Shown: one piece after another, positions 61,001-62,924 of the stretch
How positions within the stretch are numbered: the stretch's first letter is position 1
How the letters are laid out: every line of letters starts with the position of its first letter
Source: Promethearchaeota archaeon
GTDB taxonomy: Archaea > Asgardarchaeota > Lokiarchaeia > Sigyniarchaeales > SOKP01
NCBI GenBank assembly: GCA_030603385.1
Contig: JAUVXW010000026.1
Location: 1-62,924, forward strand
Length of the DNA stretch: 62,924 nucleotides
Direction of reading: 5' to 3'
Notes under the pieces: model-generated
What the model saw: only the letters and a program-made list of their open reading frames with translations
Databases searched by the model: none
What the model was told of the DNA's origin: nothing
Made by a program: the position numbers and the translations under genes

Positions 61001-61830
61001 AAACAATATTTGAAAAAGACCTAGGAATGTATAGTGGATATATAACTGAGGTAAAAAAATTCCTCGAATCAATTGGCACATTAGATCAAATTGGAAACCT
61101 TTACGAGAAAAAACTGAAAAAAGAACTAAAGAAGGTAATTTATCCCAAAGCTTCACGGCATTATAAAGATAAAGCAGATATAAAAAGATGCAGAGATGAG
61201 ATATTTACTCTATTGATAAGACACGAATATATAGTGGAAAATCATCCTAAGACGGCAAGTGGTTCGGAATCACTTAGAACATCTTATTCCGTAGGATCTC
61301 AGTATCAGAAGGCATTAGAAGATGAATTTGAATCTAATCAACCATATGCTCTAGAAGCTATTGAAAATGAGTCTACTAATTCTTTAACTTTTTTAGAAGA
61401 ACGTCATCAACAGCCACGAAAGTTCATAATTGAGGAAGGTAATTTAAAAAAAGCGCTCATGCGAGAATTTAGCAACTTTAACTTCGAAGTCTTTACCATC
61501 TATAATTACATAAAAAATGACGATTTCAAAAATGCGCTCAAACTCGAACACAATTTCATACGAAGGTTTCTTACGGAAGTATACAAACATTATTTTAACT
61601 CTGATGACATGGTTACCACCAAAAATTTAAATGATTTCATTAAGCACCTTAGTGTAGATTGTAAGATGCCTTTTACTAAAGAAGAATTACAAAGTTATTT
61701 AGAGCAATTTAAGATGATTGATTTTGAGTATAATAATGCAGAATCCAGATCTAAAGAACTCTATGAATACTTGTTTATATTTTTCAGTAAACTGCAATCA
61801 TACATATACAATGAAAATGAGGAGGATTGA
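58048..61830 (+). CDS. Membrane-bound VirB4/HerA/FtsK-superfamily protein with degenerate Walker motifs
   Basis: IVIG..PFG..NILIVNGTYSSRE..PSLIFDFRG..W; TVIIDLS; YIFIPHID; two TM hairpins. Confidence 0.72.
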   Translation: MASFSKKYSSEEGKKMRIVIDEKSSKKEIPRIWKINPSFKHINSAFTIARSIFFVVIVVFFMVSTYLITFDLSMAIGAGVLIITMFIFVFRDHIYFLNSLSSLSFKKAKKIYPFQDILFLLDGETSSTVYISNKRDLVHTGLAIFRIKVIPENIHASVNLFIKSLSEYKNMVSFTYQIIQTPLLKKGQNELGGSVQTNIYFCVYCSVKGILSRNKFRVLKDKMYSLENILQSNFVGNFHHFQILHLSGRNLINALRTYFFKFPSKIRNEEIEVVRKFRIKPDFLIKALFCSILFISSSILLSSLGLSLIYILLFNIALLGVLVYFWWQELLFVIFNQSLIKSSYFITINPFSDTAFFCYRGIPDSIFAYVDNKLLVGMKMFNLALIRPPSYFRTDKFIQGIMNQKVSFGYTCINSPLSFEVFYKKYLDYLNLNTHRSLLLSDWRVQTKLDGINWLAMRSGMWQTFLTLSACEFKYIETLSSEVIENLEEQLHLKALKLYNAFNTHFFNCDLVQLRRRVLLSGIISTLVKNKDFTINGTHLNYLIIQGKFLVSLTEIVDELKKGITTRVASEFNTPLKLKNSIVIGDTINTEVLEKEIPFGFTKEQLSNILIVNGTYSSRELLAMKIVSQLVEKNKPSLIFDFRGVWSKLLKHFEDTPFENDFLYFKLGTAFSLDPLKSNIPYDKDNVEFMDYIFDAYALAFQKQKNTIDIMRNAIQQNPNLDMESLNVHLVNQNKWENPVSDTLLALFRDLNPQDLAYLHISTLKTGENIITFQDFINTNKTVIIDLSIITDLPKLVFVAFLIISKIIHFLKRNSEYVERYIFIPHIDMFFRSFNIERNNDYGKIYKFLDPLIEKGFGLLFGANQMYYLHPNLVKYFNNIVTFRATDKRDIGALINRMNLQEMHGTGIYSRSRKETYQIQYLESMKSQEAIVKRSDIYQAFPVCFDWNDIKDRTLMDNEEIIAYMDRQGYNLRDTERIILDQIKKTIFEKDLGMYSGYITEVKKFLESIGTLDQIGNLYEKKLKKELKKVIYPKASRHYKDKADIKRCRDEIFTLLIRHEYIVENHPKTASGSESLRTSYSVGSQYQKALEDEFESNQPYALEAIENESTNSLTFLEERHQQPRKFIIEEGNLKKALMREFSNFNFEVFTIYNYIKNDDFKNALKLEHNFIRRFLTEVYKHYFNSDDMVTTKNLNDFIKHLSVDCKMPFTKEELQSYLEQFKMIDFEYNNAESRSKELYEYLFIFFSKLQSYIYNENEED

Positions 61831-61831
61831 A

Positions 61832-62197
61832 TTGAGCAGTAAAAAACAAGGCCAACAAAAAATGTTATCTGAGATGATCGAAAAGATCTTATTTGATGAG
61901 AAGGAACTCGAAGTACTTAAGGATTTAATTAGTGATATACGGATCGGAAGGACTGAGCCGAAACAATTAAGAGCAGCGATAATTGAGAATCGGGCAAATA
62001 TCTTAAATAAAATTCTAAATATTTTTCCATACTATAGCAAACAGATATCCTACCAACAACAGATTGATGATTTTACTGAAAAAGACTCATCCTTACAAAT
62101 ACAAAACGAACTGAAAGAAAAAAACGAACTCCTTAGACGAGTAGGGGAATGGATGCAAGACACTCGTAAAAAATTAGAAGAAAAAACTGATACCTAA
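61832..62197 (+). CDS. Hypothetical coiled-coil protein (TTG start after GGAGG; ORF track extends it to 61718)
   Basis: SD at 61821-61825; start immediately after the previous stop codon. Confidence 0.65.
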   Translation: MSSKKQGQQKMLSEMIEKILFDEKELEVLKDLISDIRIGRTEPKQLRAAIIENRANILNKILNIFPYYSKQISYQQQIDDFTEKDSSLQIQNELKEKNELLRRVGEWMQDTRKKLEEKTDT

Positions 62198-62800
62198 ACA
62201 TTGTGTTATTTTACTTTCTCTTAATAAAGTTAAAATTTACTCAATTCTTACATAACATCTTTTAGCATAGCTATAATCTGGAGCATAATAGGTTTTTTTC
62301 AACGTTAAGCAAGCCCAATGCTAATCTCAAGAAAATGGGGGTTTGTTGCATGGTTTATTTCTTTTCTTATTACTTACGTTAGCTATTCTTACTTTTCTAT
62401 ATTACTTGTTATGTCGTTCTATAAAATCAAATTCAAATTTGAAAAGGTACCCCTTGAGATTATGGTTCCCATTATTGAACCAGTAATTAATTTTCTTTTC
62501 GGACTGAATTATCCATTATTTTCCTTCTTTTATTATTTATAACAAAATAAGAGAAATTATTTGATTCCTACATTTGAACGTAGTCCTAACATTAAAACCA
62601 TCGAATTTTATAAAGTAATAATAATGAAACTATTTTTAGATTAATAATAACCCTCTAATTAAAATTGATCATTTTCGACATTGAAGTAAAGACTTAAATT
62701 TTGTCGGTATGATTATTATATAGAGGAGTTTATAGAAAGTGCTATAAGAATAATATTTTAGCTAAATTACTGAATGCACTCAAAACAAAAGGTGTAAGAA

Positions 62801-62924
62801 ATGAGCAAGGAGTTAATCTACAAAATATGTCTTTTTGGAGATAGAAATGTTGGAAAAACTTCATTAACCCAAGCAGGTATTCAAAAAAAGGAAGTAAAGC
62901 CACCAGTATGCATAGATATTGCGA
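62801..62924 (+). CDS. Rab/Ras-like small GTPase (5' part only)
   Basis: Manual translation MSKELIYKICLFGDRNVGKTSL contains a G1 P-loop. Confidence 0.7.
   Translation, partial: MSKELIYKICLFGDRNVGKTSLTQAGIQKKEVKPPVCIDIA

Noticed and set aside
1229-61156. Numerous short antisense or overlapping ORFs in the track (e.g. 18917..19381, 38696..39220, 57849..58253)
   Set aside because: They are shadow frames of well-supported genes and carry no motifs.
42258-61830. Shared acidic C-terminal tails (..YEE, ..FLED, ..NEED) as a sorting signal
   Set aside because: Explained by GAGGA/GGAGG Shine-Dalgarno sequences of the next gene overlapping the last codons.
29700-62200. Cluster as provirus, ICE or plasmid
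   Set aside because: No integrase, relaxase, capsid, terminase or replication initiator recognised; no flanking repeats; ordinary metabolic genes are interspersed. Not fully excluded.
62318-62542. 74-aa hydrophobic ORF
   Set aside because: Low-complexity T-rich sequence with no clear SD or promoter; cannot be supported.
1-62924. CRISPR arrays, rRNA, full tRNAs, IS elements
   Set aside because: No regularly spaced repeats, long GC-rich RNA genes, cloverleafs or transposase motifs seen by eye.

Overview
AT-rich archaeal chromosomal DNA, most consistent with an Asgard archaeon of Lokiarchaeia type. This is inferred from a longin-like membrane receptor, a roadblock/MglA pair, a Rab-like GTPase, an IPGY-type C-terminal sorting signal and an expanded set of acyl-CoA enzymes. 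Left part (1-~29.6 kb): ordinary accessory and metabolic genes (PatB/MalY, radical SAM, Fes esterase, CoA transferase, enoyl-CoA hydratases, acyl-CoA dehydrogenase, three nitronate-monooxygenase paralogues, UPF0182, NAD-dependent ligase, two related surface proteins). Right part (~29.7-62.2 kb): a distinct cluster. It holds a divergent TFB, a TFB-like cyclin-repeat protein and divergent recombination/repair enzymes (RadA with a duplicated HhH domain, RadB-like, FEN1, Hef, SWIM-containing Hel308). It also holds an MglA/roadblock pair, a membrane-anchored HhH DNA-binding protein, a membrane VirB4/HerA-like pseudo-ATPase, a pilin-like 2-TM protein and many small unknowns. Nearly every transcription unit in this cluster is preceded by the same non-canonical promoter (T5-8 tract + C + TATA box, 19 copies found by eye), whereas the divergent tfb gene itself has a canonical BRE-TATA. 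Two candidate structured ncRNAs and a 19-aa ORF also lie in the cluster. Main hypothesis (inference): an alternative-TFB regulon for DNA transfer and recombination, analogous in logic to Sulfolobales TFB3/Ced. No integrase, transposase, rRNA, complete tRNA or CRISPR array was seen.
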